Shown: positions 18,886 through 30,101 of the stretch, one piece after another
Position numbering within the stretch: the first letter of the stretch is position 1
Layout: each line of letters opens with the position of its first letter
Assembly: GCA_002690595.1 (NCBI GenBank)
Contig: NZFI01000058.1
Span: 1 to 33,899, forward strand
From: Rickettsiales bacterium
GTDB lineage: Bacteria; Pseudomonadota; Alphaproteobacteria; Methylaequorales; Methylaequoraceae
Length of the DNA stretch: 33,899 bases
Reading direction: 5' to 3'
The notes under the pieces: model-generated
What the model was told of the DNA's origin: nothing
Databases searched by the model: none
What the model saw: the letters and a program-made list of their open reading frames with translations, nothing else
Position numbers and translations under genes: made by a program

Positions 18886-20421
18886 ATGTCAATTGATGCA
18901 TCTGAAATATCAGAAATCCTTAAAAAAGAAATTTCTGATTTTGATAATAAAGCTGAAATTTCTGAAATTGGGACTGTATTAACTGTTGGGGATGGAATAG
19001 CAAGAGTTTATGGTTTAGATAATGTTCAAGCTGGTGAAATGGTTGAATTTCCTGGTAAGATAAAAGGTATGGCACTAAATTTAGAGGAGGATAACGTAGG
19101 GGTTGTTATTTTTGGCAACGATAGATCGATAAAAGAAGGTGATATTGTTAAAAGAACTGGAAATATTGTTGAAGTAAAGGTAGGTAAGGGTTTATTAGGA
19201 AGAGTTGTTGATGGTTTAGGCGAACCTATAGATGGAAAAGACCCTTTAAAAGATGTTAAGAGTCAAAGGGTTGAAGTTAAGGCTCCAGGAATTATTCCAA
19301 GAACTTCAGTAAATGAACCAATGCAAACTGGAATTAAAGCTATAGATAGTTTAATACCTATTGGAAGAGGTCAAAGAGAACTTATAATTGGAGATAGGCA
19401 AACAGGAAAAACATCTGTAATTGTTGACACTATTTTAAATCAGAAAGAGGTTAATAAAGATGCTAAAGAAAAAGATAAATTATTTTGTATTTATGTTTCA
19501 ATTGGTCAAAAAAGATCAACAGTTGCACAAATTGTAAAAACTTTGGAAGATTATGATGCATTAGATTATTCTATTGTTGTTGCTGCGACTGCATCTGATC
19601 CTGCTCCACTTCAGTTCTTAGCTCCATATACAGGATGTGCTATGGGAGAATTTTTTAGAGACAATGGAATGCATGCAGTAATATTTTATGATGATCTTTC
19701 TAAGCAGGCTGTAGCATATAGACAAATGTCATTACTTTTAAGAAGACCGCCAGGAAGAGAAGCTTATCCAGGCGATGTTTTTTATGTTCACTCAAGATTA
19801 TTAGAAAGGGCAGCAAAGATGAGTGATAAAGAAGGCGGGGGTTCCCTTACAGCGCTACCTGTAATTGAAACTCAAGCAGGAGACGTTTCAGCTTATATAC
19901 CAACAAATGTTATTTCTATAACTGATGGTCAAATCTTTTTAGAAACAGAACTCTTTTTTAAGGGTATAAGACCAGCAGTTAACGTTGGTTTGTCTGTTAG
20001 TAGAGTTGGTTCTGCTGCTCAGATAAAAGCTATGAAGCAAGTTTCTGGTACAATTAAACTAGATTTAGCACAATTCAGAGAAATGGAAGCTTTTTCACAA
20101 TTTGCATCAGATTTGGATCAATCAACAAGAAAATTATTAGATAGAGGAAGAAGATTAACTGAAATTTTAAAACAACCACAATACCAACCATTGAAAGTAG
20201 AAGAACAAGTTATAGTTATCTATGCTGGTGTTAGAGGTTTCCTTGATGAAATTGATATAAAAGCTGTAACTAAATTTGAAGGCCAATTACTTAACGAAAT
20301 AAGAACTAACGGAAAAGAAATACTCAAAACTATAATTAGTGAAAAAAGTATTTCAAAAGATCTTGAGAAAAAATTAGGAGATTTTATTCAACCCATAGCA
20401 AATAAATTTAAAGAAGAGTAA
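18886..20421 (+). CDS. atpA: F1 ATP synthase alpha subunit
   Basis: Walker A GDRQTGKT is present, with [24 protein letters not shown]. Length is 511 aa. Confidence 0.98.
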   Translation: MSIDASEISEILKKEISDFDNKAEISEIGTVLTVGDGIARVYGLDNVQAGEMVEFPGKIKGMALNLEEDNVGVVIFGNDRSIKEGDIVKRTGNIVEVKVGKGLLGRVVDGLGEPIDGKDPLKDVKSQRVEVKAPGIIPRTSVNEPMQTGIKAIDSLIPIGRGQRELIIGDRQTGKTSVIVDTILNQKEVNKDAKEKDKLFCIYVSIGQKRSTVAQIVKTLEDYDALDYSIVVAATASDPAPLQFLAPYTGCAMGEFFRDNGMHAVIFYDDLSKQAVAYRQMSLLLRRPPGREAYPGDVFYVHSRLLERAAKMSDKEGGGSLTALPVIETQAGDVSAYIPTNVISITDGQIFLETELFFKGIRPAVNVGLSVSRVGSAAQIKAMKQVSGTIKLDLAQFREMEAFSQFASDLDQSTRKLLDRGRRLTEILKQPQYQPLKVEEQVIVIYAGVRGFLDEIDIKAVTKFEGQLLNEIRTNGKEILKTIISEKSISKDLEKKLGDFIQPIANKFKEE

Positions 20422-20425
20422 ATTC

Positions 20426-21316
20426 ATGCCAAGCCTAAAAGATCTTAGAAACAGAATTTCCAGTGTTAAATCGACAAAAAAAATTACTTCAGCAATGAAA
20501 ATGGTTGCTGCAGCAAAACTAAAAAAGGCTCAGGATAATGCAATATCTGCAAGACCATATGCTGATCGAATGCAAAATATCATAAATTCTATTAGTAAAA
20601 ACTCTAATATTAATTTTCAATTTCCTTCACTGATAAGTGGCACCGGAGAAAATAAAAAAATTTTACTCATAGTCTGTTCTGCTGATAGAGGATTGTGTGG
20701 AGGATTTAATTCGTCAATAATTAGATATACAAAAAAAAAAGTAGATGCCCTTATTAAGGATGGAAAAGAAGTAAAATTTATTTTCATAGGAAAAAAAGCT
20801 AATAATGCACTTAAAAGAAGCTTTGAAAAAAATACACTAAATATTTTCACAGATATATCTAACCCAAATATTGATTTTAATTTAATAACAGAAGTTAGAG
20901 ATTCCATAATTGATCATTTTAACAACGGACTTTTTGATTCATGTGAATTAATTTTTACTAAATTTATAAGTGCCATCTCCCAAAAAGTTGAAAAAATGCA
21001 AATAATACCACTTGAAAATAATATGAATGTCATAGAAAGTAACAATGTAGATAAAAAGAACTCTATTTATGAATTTGAACCCAATGAAGAAGAAATTTTA
21101 GAAAAAATAGTTCCTCAAAACATTGCTATACAAATTTTTACTGGACTCTTGGAAAGTTCTGCAAGCGAACAAGGGGCAAGAATGACAGCAATGGATAATG
21201 CAACAAGAAATGCAAATGAAAAAATTGATGATTTGACAATGTTTTATAATAGATCAAGGCAAGCAGTTATCACAAAAGAACTTATTGAGATAATTTCTGG
21301 TGCTGAAGCAATTTAA
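20426..21316 (+). CDS. atpG: F1 ATP synthase gamma subunit
   Basis: N-terminal LKDLRNRISSVKSTKKITSAMKMVAAAKL and C-terminal QAVITKELIEIISGAEA are present. Confidence 0.96.
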   Translation: MPSLKDLRNRISSVKSTKKITSAMKMVAAAKLKKAQDNAISARPYADRMQNIINSISKNSNINFQFPSLISGTGENKKILLIVCSADRGLCGGFNSSIIRYTKKKVDALIKDGKEVKFIFIGKKANNALKRSFEKNTLNIFTDISNPNIDFNLITEVRDSIIDHFNNGLFDSCELIFTKFISAISQKVEKMQIIPLENNMNVIESNNVDKKNSIYEFEPNEEEILEKIVPQNIAIQIFTGLLESSASEQGARMTAMDNATRNANEKIDDLTMFYNRSRQAVITKELIEIISGAEAI

Positions 21317-21320
21317 TTAG

Positions 21321-22748
<1,428 letters not shown>

Positions 22749-22754
22749 TTAAAG

Positions 22755-23108
22755 ATGATTACAGAAATAGTATCTCCTAGCAAAATTATATTTTCTGAAA
22801 GTATAGATTTTATTATATTACCAGGTGAAGAGGGTGATTTAGGAATTTTTGATAAGCATACTCCAACAATTACAAATCTTAGGACAGGTTTAATATATAT
22901 TTATAAAGACAATTCATTATTTAAAATTTTTCTTATAAGTAAAGGCGTTTGTGAAATTACTGAAGAAAAATGTACTATTTTAACTGAAGAAGCCGAAAAT
23001 ACTAAAGATACCAAAATTGAGGATATGAAAAAGTTATTATCTGAAAATAAAGAGAATAAAATTGTTGGACAGAAAATTAAAGCATTAGAAAACAAGTATT
23101 ATTCTTAA
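22755..23108 (+). CDS. atpC: F1 ATP synthase epsilon subunit (short, 117 aa)
   Basis: It is the last gene of the atp operon. The N-terminal beta-sandwich pattern (ILPGEEGDLGIFDKHTP) is present. The C-terminal helical part is only about 35 aa. Confidence 0.88.
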   Translation: MITEIVSPSKIIFSESIDFIILPGEEGDLGIFDKHTPTITNLRTGLIYIYKDNSLFKIFLISKGVCEITEEKCTILTEEAENTKDTKIEDMKKLLSENKENKIVGQKIKALENKYYS

Positions 23109-23566
23109 GCGTATAAAACTTTAAATTTCTTTAATATTTTTTTATACATCTCTTTTTTAAATGGTATTACTAAGTTGAGTGCTTGTTTTGGGTCAATCCA
23201 TTTCCATTCTAAAAATTCAGGTTTAAAATTATCTAATTTGATCTCATTATCTTTTCCTTGAAATTGGCATGCATACCATTTTTGCGTTTGACCAATATAT
23301 CTTCCTTTCCACACATTTTTTACAAGATCATTTGGAAGATCATATTTAAACCATTCATCAGATATCATTAGAGTTTTTATATTATTAGTTCCAATTTCTT
23401 CTTTTAATTCTCTCATCATTGCTTGATTCTCTGTTTCTTTATCATCAATACCACCCTGTGGCATCTGCCAAAAATCAGAGGCTGAATCTATTCTTTTACC
23501 TACCCAAAGTTTTTTTTTCTTATTTAGTAAAAAAATTCCAACACCAGACCTATATGATCTTTTCAT
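23105..23566 (-). CDS. rppH: Nudix hydrolase, RNA pyrophosphohydrolase RppH type
   Basis: The Nudix box GGIDDKETENQAMMRELKEEIG is present. I prefer the ATG at 23566. The ORF-track start at 23569 is a TTG one codon upstream. Confidence 0.85.
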   Translation of the reverse strand: MKRSYRSGVGIFLLNKKKKLWVGKRIDSASDFWQMPQGGIDDKETENQAMMRELKEEIGTNNIKTLMISDEWFKYDLPNDLVKNVWKGRYIGQTQKWYACQFQGKDNEIKLDNFKPEFLEWKWIDPKQALNLVIPFKKEMYKKILKKFKVLYA

Positions 23567-23571
23567 CAAAC

Positions 23572-24825
23572 TTATTTATCTTCAGAAATAATATTTAAAG
23601 CTAAAATCAAATCAAAAGCTCTAGTTAATTGATAATCTTCAACTTCACCTTCAGCTTCACTTTCTTTATTTTTTTCTTTACTATCTTTAATTTGGTTATT
23701 GCTAATCGCACCCCTTAAATCAGATTCCTTTCTTCTTTTAACTTTTTCTAGAAGTTTTATCTCAGCTTGTTCTACTAATATGTCCGGATCAATTCCCATT
23801 TTTTGAATGGAACGACCTAATGGAGTAAAATATCTTGCTGTAGTTAATTTTATAGCAACATTATCTCCAGAAGGAATGATTGTTTGAACCGATCCTTTTC
23901 CAAAAGACTTAGTTCCCATAATGATTGCCCTTTTATGATCTTGTAAAGCTCCAGCTACAATCTCTGATGCCGATGCACTGCCTTGATTTATCAAAACTAC
24001 AAGTGGAAGCCCATTAGTCAGATCATTTTTAACCGCATTATATCTTGTTTCATCACTTTTTTTTCTTCCTCTTGTAGAAACTATTTCACCTTTATCTAAG
24101 AAAATATCTGTGACATTTACTGCCTGATCAAGAAGTCCACCTGGATTATTTCTTAAATCTAAAACATATCCTAAAAGTTTGTTGTTTTTATTTGCTTTAA
24201 ATTTTTTTATCGCCTTTTTAATTTCTTCATCTACCTTTTGATTAAAAGACGAAACTCTAATATATCCAATTTGATCTTCAACCCTTGATTTAACGGACTT
24301 TAACTCAATAATTGCTCTTACAATTTCAATATCTATATTTTCTGTTTCATTTCTTAACACAGTAAGTTTTATTTTTGATCCAACTTTACCTCTCATTAAG
24401 GTCACTGCTTCAGATAAACTTAAACCCATAACCGGCTCACCATCCAGATGAGTTATCATGTCTCCAGCAAGTATCCCTGCTCTTTGTGCTGGCGTCTCAT
24501 CAATTGGTGATATTACTTTGACCACGCCATTTTCAAGTGTTACCTCTATTCCTAAACCACCAAATTCTCCTTTAGTTTGAACTCTCAGCTCATCTAGTTC
24601 TTCAGTATTTAGATAAGTAGAGTGTGGATCTAACGACGTAAGCATACCTTCTATGGCAGACTCTATTAGTTCTTTTACTGTGATTTCTTCTACATAATTA
24701 TTTTTGATTTTCTCAAATGCTTCTCCAAAAAGATTTAAGTATTTATAAACTTCTTTTTTTTCATCTGCTTCAACAGATGAGAAAACAAAAAAGAGTAAAA
24801 AAAATAAAATAAATTTATTTATCAT
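23572..24825 (-). CDS. ctpA: carboxy-terminal processing protease (S41 family, PDZ domain)
   Basis: An N-terminal signal-like segment is present. The PDZ motif GGLGIEV and AGDMITHLDG are present, with the catalytic region NQGSASASEIVAGAL and FGKGSVQ. Confidence 0.92.
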   Translation of the reverse strand: MINKFILFFLLFFVFSSVEADEKKEVYKYLNLFGEAFEKIKNNYVEEITVKELIESAIEGMLTSLDPHSTYLNTEELDELRVQTKGEFGGLGIEVTLENGVVKVISPIDETPAQRAGILAGDMITHLDGEPVMGLSLSEAVTLMRGKVGSKIKLTVLRNETENIDIEIVRAIIELKSVKSRVEDQIGYIRVSSFNQKVDEEIKKAIKKFKANKNNKLLGYVLDLRNNPGGLLDQAVNVTDIFLDKGEIVSTRGRKKSDETRYNAVKNDLTNGLPLVVLINQGSASASEIVAGALQDHKRAIIMGTKSFGKGSVQTIIPSGDNVAIKLTTARYFTPLGRSIQKMGIDPDILVEQAEIKLLEKVKRRKESDLRGAISNNQIKDSKEKNKESEAEGEVEDYQLTRAFDLILALNIISEDK

Positions 24826-24845
24826 TTTTTAATTATGCCTCATTT

Positions 24846-25898
24846 TTACAAAATCTCAACTTCTCTTTTTGGATCTATTGGTTTTCCTTTAAATCTCAAT
24901 TGAAAATATAACTTCTTACTAGAACTTTGTTTAACAAAAAATTTTGCAATTGGCTCACCTTTTAACACTTTGTTTCCAGAAAAAGTCATTATCTCATCCA
25001 TACCTGAAAGAATAGTATGATAATGATCAGTATTCTCAATAATAATAATATTACCATAATTCCTCCATTTTCCAGTAAAAATAACCATACCGTTGATTGG
25101 TGCAGTAACATATGATTCCTCAGAAAGCTCAAACATTATTCCTGCTTTGGATAGAAAAGAATCTTTTTTTTCTCCAAATTGAGAAATTATATTACCACTA
25201 ACTGGAAGGCTAACTTTTTTAGATTTAATATTACTATTTTTGTTTGTTCTGTTTGAAGAGACCCCCTTTAAAAGCTCATTGATATTTTTTGCTTTTTGTT
25301 TAACAATATTCTCTTTTTTTTTGTAAATTTTACTTTTAGGGTTTTTTCTTTGAAGAACTTTTCTTTTTTTTAATTCTGCATCAAGCTTTTTTCTTTTTTT
25401 TTTTATTTTTAATCTTTTCTGAGCTAATAAGGAGTTTTTAATGTTTAGTTCCTTATCAAGACCTTCAATCTTTCTTAATCCTGAAAAATAAATATTTATT
25501 TCAGTTTTTATGTTTTCTAAAAAATACTCTTTGACTATTTTTTTTGTAATATAATTATTTTTTTTAGAAAAATTTTGAAAAAATTTTTTTATTGGTTCAT
25601 TATAATATTTTTCCTGAAGTAATAGTATCAATCCCTCTGCTAGTATTTCTTCATTATCAATATATTTTTTATATATTAATTGTGATTGTTTATTTCTTTT
25701 GATTTCTATATTTAAATTCTTTATTGCTTTGTTTAACATCAAAAGTTCATTGTAAGTTTCAACAGTTTTTTTTTGAATATTATTTAGCTCTGTTTCAAGT
25801 TTACTTTTTATTTCTAAATGGGTTTTTGTATAAAGACTTATGGGAATAAATATAATTAGTAAAAAAACTATTTTTTTTAAAATATTAGCTAAAATCAT
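24846..25898 (-). CDS. EnvC-like coiled-coil protein with a degenerate LytM (M23) domain; predicted murein hydrolase activator rather than peptidase
   Basis: It has an N-terminal membrane or signal segment and a long region rich in Lys, Glu, Asn, Ile and Leu (coiled coil assumed by analogy with EnvC, no heptad periodicity checked). The C-terminal LytM-like fold is visible (VTAPINGMVIFTGKWRNYGNIIIIEN...). The HxxxD and HxH metal ligands are not visible: KAGIMFE replaces HxGxD and LYFQLRF replaces HLHFE. The position next to gpmI matches E. coli gpmM-envC. Confidence 0.75.
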   Translation of the reverse strand: MILANILKKIVFLLIIFIPISLYTKTHLEIKSKLETELNNIQKKTVETYNELLMLNKAIKNLNIEIKRNKQSQLIYKKYIDNEEILAEGLILLLQEKYYNEPIKKFFQNFSKKNNYITKKIVKEYFLENIKTEINIYFSGLRKIEGLDKELNIKNSLLAQKRLKIKKKRKKLDAELKKRKVLQRKNPKSKIYKKKENIVKQKAKNINELLKGVSSNRTNKNSNIKSKKVSLPVSGNIISQFGEKKDSFLSKAGIMFELSEESYVTAPINGMVIFTGKWRNYGNIIIIENTDHYHTILSGMDEIMTFSGNKVLKGEPIAKFFVKQSSSKKLYFQLRFKGKPIDPKREVEIL

Positions 25899-27409
25899 TT
25901 TATCAATGAACGTCCTGTCATTTCCGTTGGTTTTTTTATACCCATAATTTTTAATATAGTCGGGGCAATATCAGCAAGACAACCTTTTTGAAGATTATTC
26001 TTCTTTGATGAACAAATTATCATTGGAACAGGATTAGTTGTATGAGAAGTTTGTGGATTTTTTTTTGTATCTTTCATACAGTCAGCATTTCCGTGATCGG
26101 AAGTTAAAATTAATAAATAGTTTTCTTTTTTTGCTATTTTTAGTAATTTTCCAATACAATCATCAACTGTCTCGATTGCTTTTACAGTTGCAGAAATGAT
26201 ACCTGTATGTCCAACCATATCTGCATTTGCATAGTTTGTTATAATAAGGTCATATTTTTGAGACTTTATTTGTTTAAGGATTTCTGATGTAAGTTTTTTT
26301 GCAGACATCTCAGGTTTTTGATCATACGTATCAACTCTTGGTGATGGAATTAATATTCTATCTTCTCCTAAAAAATTTTCTTCTATTCCACCATTAAAAA
26401 AATATGTTACATGAGCATATTTTTCAGTTTCTGCAATTCTTAATTGTTTTAAATTTAGATCTGAAATTACAGAACCAAGTGTATTTTTAATCTTTTGAGG
26501 TTCAAAAATAGTACTCAAAGACTTTTTTAATTTTCTTGAATACTCCATAATTCCTAGAGAATTTTTAAAATTTTGTATTCTTTGTCTTTCAAAAAAATCA
26601 AAATCTTTATCAAAAATTGATGTTAATATCTCTCTAACTCTATCTGCTCTATAATTTGTAATTAAAAAACCATCGCCATCCTCAATTCCTTTATAACTAT
26701 AATTATTTATTGGGAGGAAAAATTCATCTGTCACAGATTTTTTGTAACTTTCTTTAATAGCTTTAATAGGATCATTTGTTTTATTTTTAATAGATCCTTC
26801 AATTATTGCTTTATAAGCTTGTTTAATTCTATCCCATCGATTGTCTCTATCCATTGCGTAGTATCTTCCGCAAATACTTGCAATAGTAACTTTCTTTTTT
26901 TTTATTTTTTCTAATAATAACTTCATATTCTCTATTCCACTGTTTGGAGAACTATCTCTACCATCAAGAATACAATGTATAAATAATTCATTTTCGTTAT
27001 CAGATAGGATATCAATTAGTGAAAAAAGATGATCCTGATGTCCGTGCACTCCTCCTGAAGAGAGTAGTCCGACAATATGTATTCTTTTACAATTTTTTTT
27101 TAATAATTTAACTTTTTCATTTTTTTCTAGTTCTCCATGCTTTATTGCATGTGAAATTCTTAAAATATTCTGAAGTATTATCCTTCCCGCTCCAATATTC
27201 ATGTGTCCCACTTCCGAATTACCAAATTGTCCAACAGGAAGACCAACATCATTTTCGGATGCATTTAATTGGGTATTAGGATATTTCTTAATTATTAAAT
27301 CAAAATTTTTCTTTTTAGCTAAACTAATCGCATTTTTTGATGAGGAAGGAGCACAACCCCAACCATCAAGTATACATAATACTACTTTTTGTTTAATTTC
27401 ATTACTCAT
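25895..27409 (-). CDS. gpmI: 2,3-bisphosphoglycerate-independent phosphoglycerate mutase
   Basis: Motifs ILDGWG, NSEVGHMNIGAGR, GGVHGH and TSDHGNAD are present. Length is 504 aa. Confidence 0.96.
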   Translation of the reverse strand: MSNEIKQKVVLCILDGWGCAPSSSKNAISLAKKKNFDLIIKKYPNTQLNASENDVGLPVGQFGNSEVGHMNIGAGRIILQNILRISHAIKHGELEKNEKVKLLKKNCKRIHIVGLLSSGGVHGHQDHLFSLIDILSDNENELFIHCILDGRDSSPNSGIENMKLLLEKIKKKKVTIASICGRYYAMDRDNRWDRIKQAYKAIIEGSIKNKTNDPIKAIKESYKKSVTDEFFLPINNYSYKGIEDGDGFLITNYRADRVREILTSIFDKDFDFFERQRIQNFKNSLGIMEYSRKLKKSLSTIFEPQKIKNTLGSVISDLNLKQLRIAETEKYAHVTYFFNGGIEENFLGEDRILIPSPRVDTYDQKPEMSAKKLTSEILKQIKSQKYDLIITNYANADMVGHTGIISATVKAIETVDDCIGKLLKIAKKENYLLILTSDHGNADCMKDTKKNPQTSHTTNPVPMIICSSKKNNLQKGCLADIAPTILKIMGIKKPTEMTGRSLIK

Positions 27410-27420
27410 AGTACTTAAAT

Positions 27421-27882
27421 TTATTTATGATAAGGATGACCTTTCATTATTTGAAGTGATCTATATATTTGCTCTATCAACATTACCCTAATTAACAAGT
27501 GAGGCCAGGTATTCTTACCGAATGATATGGACTCAAAATCTTTAAAAAAACTATCTGCCAAACCATCAGAACCTCCAATTATAAAAATTATATTTTGAAT
27601 ACTATTTAACATTTGTTTTTGAAAAAAATCTGATAGTTCAATGCTAGAAAAATCTTTTCCTTTTCTATCTAAAATTATTATTTTTTCATGATCTTTAAAA
27701 TGCTGATAGATAATTTTCTTTTCATAATTTTTTTTCTCATCTAAGCTAAATTTATTCTTTAAATTAAGACTACGAATCTCAATTAATGATATATTACTAA
27801 TTCTTTTCTTATATTCTTGAAATATTCTACTATAAGGACAATCTTTAGAAAACTTTCCAATAGAAATAATTTTAAATTTCAT
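27421..27882 (-). CDS. rlmH: 23S rRNA (pseudouridine1915-N3)-methyltransferase
   Basis: A SPOUT-type 153-aa protein with IIGGSDG and the C-terminal GHPYHK. It sits downstream of rsfS. Confidence 0.9.
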   Translation of the reverse strand: MKFKIISIGKFSKDCPYSRIFQEYKKRISNISLIEIRSLNLKNKFSLDEKKNYEKKIIYQHFKDHEKIIILDRKGKDFSSIELSDFFQKQMLNSIQNIIFIIGGSDGLADSFFKDFESISFGKNTWPHLLIRVMLIEQIYRSLQIMKGHPYHK

Positions 27883-28238
27883 AACTTTTTAATTTTTTGT
27901 TTTTCTTCTGGGGCTCCATGATCCCATAATTTTTCAAGATTATAATATTGCCTTACTTCAGGTTTAAATACATGTATTATAAGATCTCCAAAATCAACTA
28001 AAGCCCAATCTGCTCTTGGCAAACCTTCAATAGAAAGAATTTTATTTTTTAATTCCTTACTTAGCCTGCCAACTATTGCATTTACGTGTCTGGATGAGTT
28101 TCCCTCAGTTATAATTATAAAATCTGCAATACTACTTCTATTACCAACGTCAATTACTTCTATATTTACTGACTTTGCATCATTAAGTAATTCTAATACT
28201 TTTTTTAACAGTTTTTTTATATATAAAGCTTTTTGCAT
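27879..28238 (-). CDS. rsfS: ribosome silencing factor
   Basis: A 119-aa protein with WALVDFGDLIIHVF and YNLEKLW. It lies between nadD and rlmH, which is the conserved order. Confidence 0.9.
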   Translation of the reverse strand: MQKALYIKKLLKKVLELLNDAKSVNIEVIDVGNRSSIADFIIITEGNSSRHVNAIVGRLSKELKNKILSIEGLPRADWALVDFGDLIIHVFKPEVRQYYNLEKLWDHGAPEEKQKIKKL

Positions 28239-28825
28239 TAAATTTTATTTTTATATTTAATAGCAGATGATGAAATATTCTTTGTCCATCCAGTGATAAA
28301 AATCCAAGAAGGTGAAAGCATAAATTTTAAATTTTTCATTTTAAAAGAACTTAACCTATACTTTCTAAACAAACCTAAGCATTTACTTTTTAGTATGAAC
28401 AAAGAGTAAAATGGTCTATCAAAAATTGCAATCGGAACTTTGTAAAATATTTTTTTCCAATCTTTCCAGTAATGAAAATCAACAACATTATCTACTCCCA
28501 TAATCCAAACAAAGTTTCTCCATGGATATTTCTTTTTTAAATAACATATTGAATCTATCGTATATGGTGAATTTATTTTTTTTTCCAAATCAGTAACAAT
28601 AATTTTTTTTATTTTTACAAATTTTTTTGCTTTTTCTAATCTTTTGTTAAAACTTGAAACTTTTTCTTTTTCTTTAAGTGGATTAGAAAGAGACACAATC
28701 CACCAGATTTCATCAAGTTTTAATCTTTTTATGGCAATATAACTTATTCTCAGATGACCAATATGTGGAGGATCAAAAGTTCCACCCAATAAGCCAATAT
28801 TTATTTTTTGATGATTTTTTATCAA
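28238..28825 (-). CDS. nadD: nicotinate-nucleotide adenylyltransferase
   Basis: GGTFDPPHIGH and ISSSAIK are present. The start is TTG, and no nearby in-frame ATG precedes the HxGH motif. Confidence 0.9.
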   Translation of the reverse strand: MIKNHQKINIGLLGGTFDPPHIGHLRISYIAIKRLKLDEIWWIVSLSNPLKEKEKVSSFNKRLEKAKKFVKIKKIIVTDLEKKINSPYTIDSICYLKKKYPWRNFVWIMGVDNVVDFHYWKDWKKIFYKVPIAIFDRPFYSLFILKSKCLGLFRKYRLSSFKMKNLKFMLSPSWIFITGWTKNISSSAIKYKNKI

Positions 28826-28841
28826 GCCTTATATACTAAAT

Positions 28842-30101
28842 TTATTTTCTAATTTGCCCATTACCTTTTACTTTATATTTAAAGCTAGTTAGTTGAGACA
28901 CTCCTACAGGTCCTCTTGCATGCAGTTTCGAAGTTGAAATTCCAATTTCTGCTCCCATTCCAAATTCTCCTCCATCAGCAAATTGAGTTGAAGTATTATG
29001 CATTACAATTCCACTATCAACTTTGTTTAAAAATAGTTCTACTAATTTTTTATCTTCAGCAATAATAGAATCAGTATGTCCAGAACCAAAATTATTAATA
29101 TGCTCAATTGCTTCTTTAACTCCTCCTTCTATTGTTTTTATTGATAAAATCGAATCTAGATATTCAGTTTCCCAATCTTTTTTTATGGCCTTTTTTAAGG
29201 TTTTATCAAAATTAAGGATGTATTTATCTACTCTTAATTCACATTTTAAATTTTTTAATTCTTTAATAATTAAAGGAAGATGAGATTCAACTGCATCTTT
29301 ATCAATCAATAGTGTCTCAGTAGCACCACAAATACCTGGTCTTCTCATCTTTGCGTTTACAACTATGTTAGATGCTAATTCTTTATTTGCTGATTTATGG
29401 ATATATGTGTGGCATATACCATCTAAATGCTTAAATACTGGAACTCTGCTTTCCTTTATAACTCTCTCAATAAGTGATCTGCCTCCTCTAGGAACAAAAA
29501 CATCAATATACTTATCTAATTTTAGAAAATAACCAACCGCATCTCTATTAGTAGTAGGTATTTTTTGCAATGCTCCTTTGGGTAATCCCATTTTTTTATA
29601 TGTTTCATTAATAGTATCAATTATAATTGAAGAGGAATGAAAGCTTTCTGATCCCCCTCTAAGAATTGTTGCGTTACTAGATTTCAGACAAAGTGCAGCA
29701 GCATCTGCAGCAACATTTGGTCTTGATTCATAAATTACTCCAATCACACCAAGTGGGACTGAAACCTTTTCAATTTTTAATCCATTAGGTCTCTTCCAAC
29801 TAGATAAAACCTGTCCAACTGGATCTTTTAATTTAGTAATTTCTAAAAGGCCTTTACAAATTGAATTAATTCTATTTCTATCTAATTTTAATCTATCGAT
29901 TAAAGCAGGAGTCAATTTTCTTTTTTTGGCATTAAGCATATCTTTTTTGTTTGCTTCTAGAATAGTTGCTTGCTTAATTTTTATATTTTTAGATGCTGCT
30001 ATTAAACATTCATTTTTCTTTTTGTTGCTTAGTAATCCTAATTCATAGGATGCTTCTTTGGCATATTTGCCAATTAGATTTATTTGTCTTTCAAGATTCA
30101 T
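28842..30101 (-). CDS. proA: gamma-glutamyl phosphate reductase
   Basis: A 419-aa aldehyde-dehydrogenase-type protein with the catalytic-Cys region PGICGATETLLI. It follows proB with an ATGA overlap. Confidence 0.95.
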   Translation of the reverse strand: MNLERQINLIGKYAKEASYELGLLSNKKKNECLIAASKNIKIKQATILEANKKDMLNAKKRKLTPALIDRLKLDRNRINSICKGLLEITKLKDPVGQVLSSWKRPNGLKIEKVSVPLGVIGVIYESRPNVAADAAALCLKSSNATILRGGSESFHSSSIIIDTINETYKKMGLPKGALQKIPTTNRDAVGYFLKLDKYIDVFVPRGGRSLIERVIKESRVPVFKHLDGICHTYIHKSANKELASNIVVNAKMRRPGICGATETLLIDKDAVESHLPLIIKELKNLKCELRVDKYILNFDKTLKKAIKKDWETEYLDSILSIKTIEGGVKEAIEHINNFGSGHTDSIIAEDKKLVELFLNKVDSGIVMHNTSTQFADGGEFGMGAEIGISTSKLHARGPVGVSQLTSFKYKVKGNGQIRK

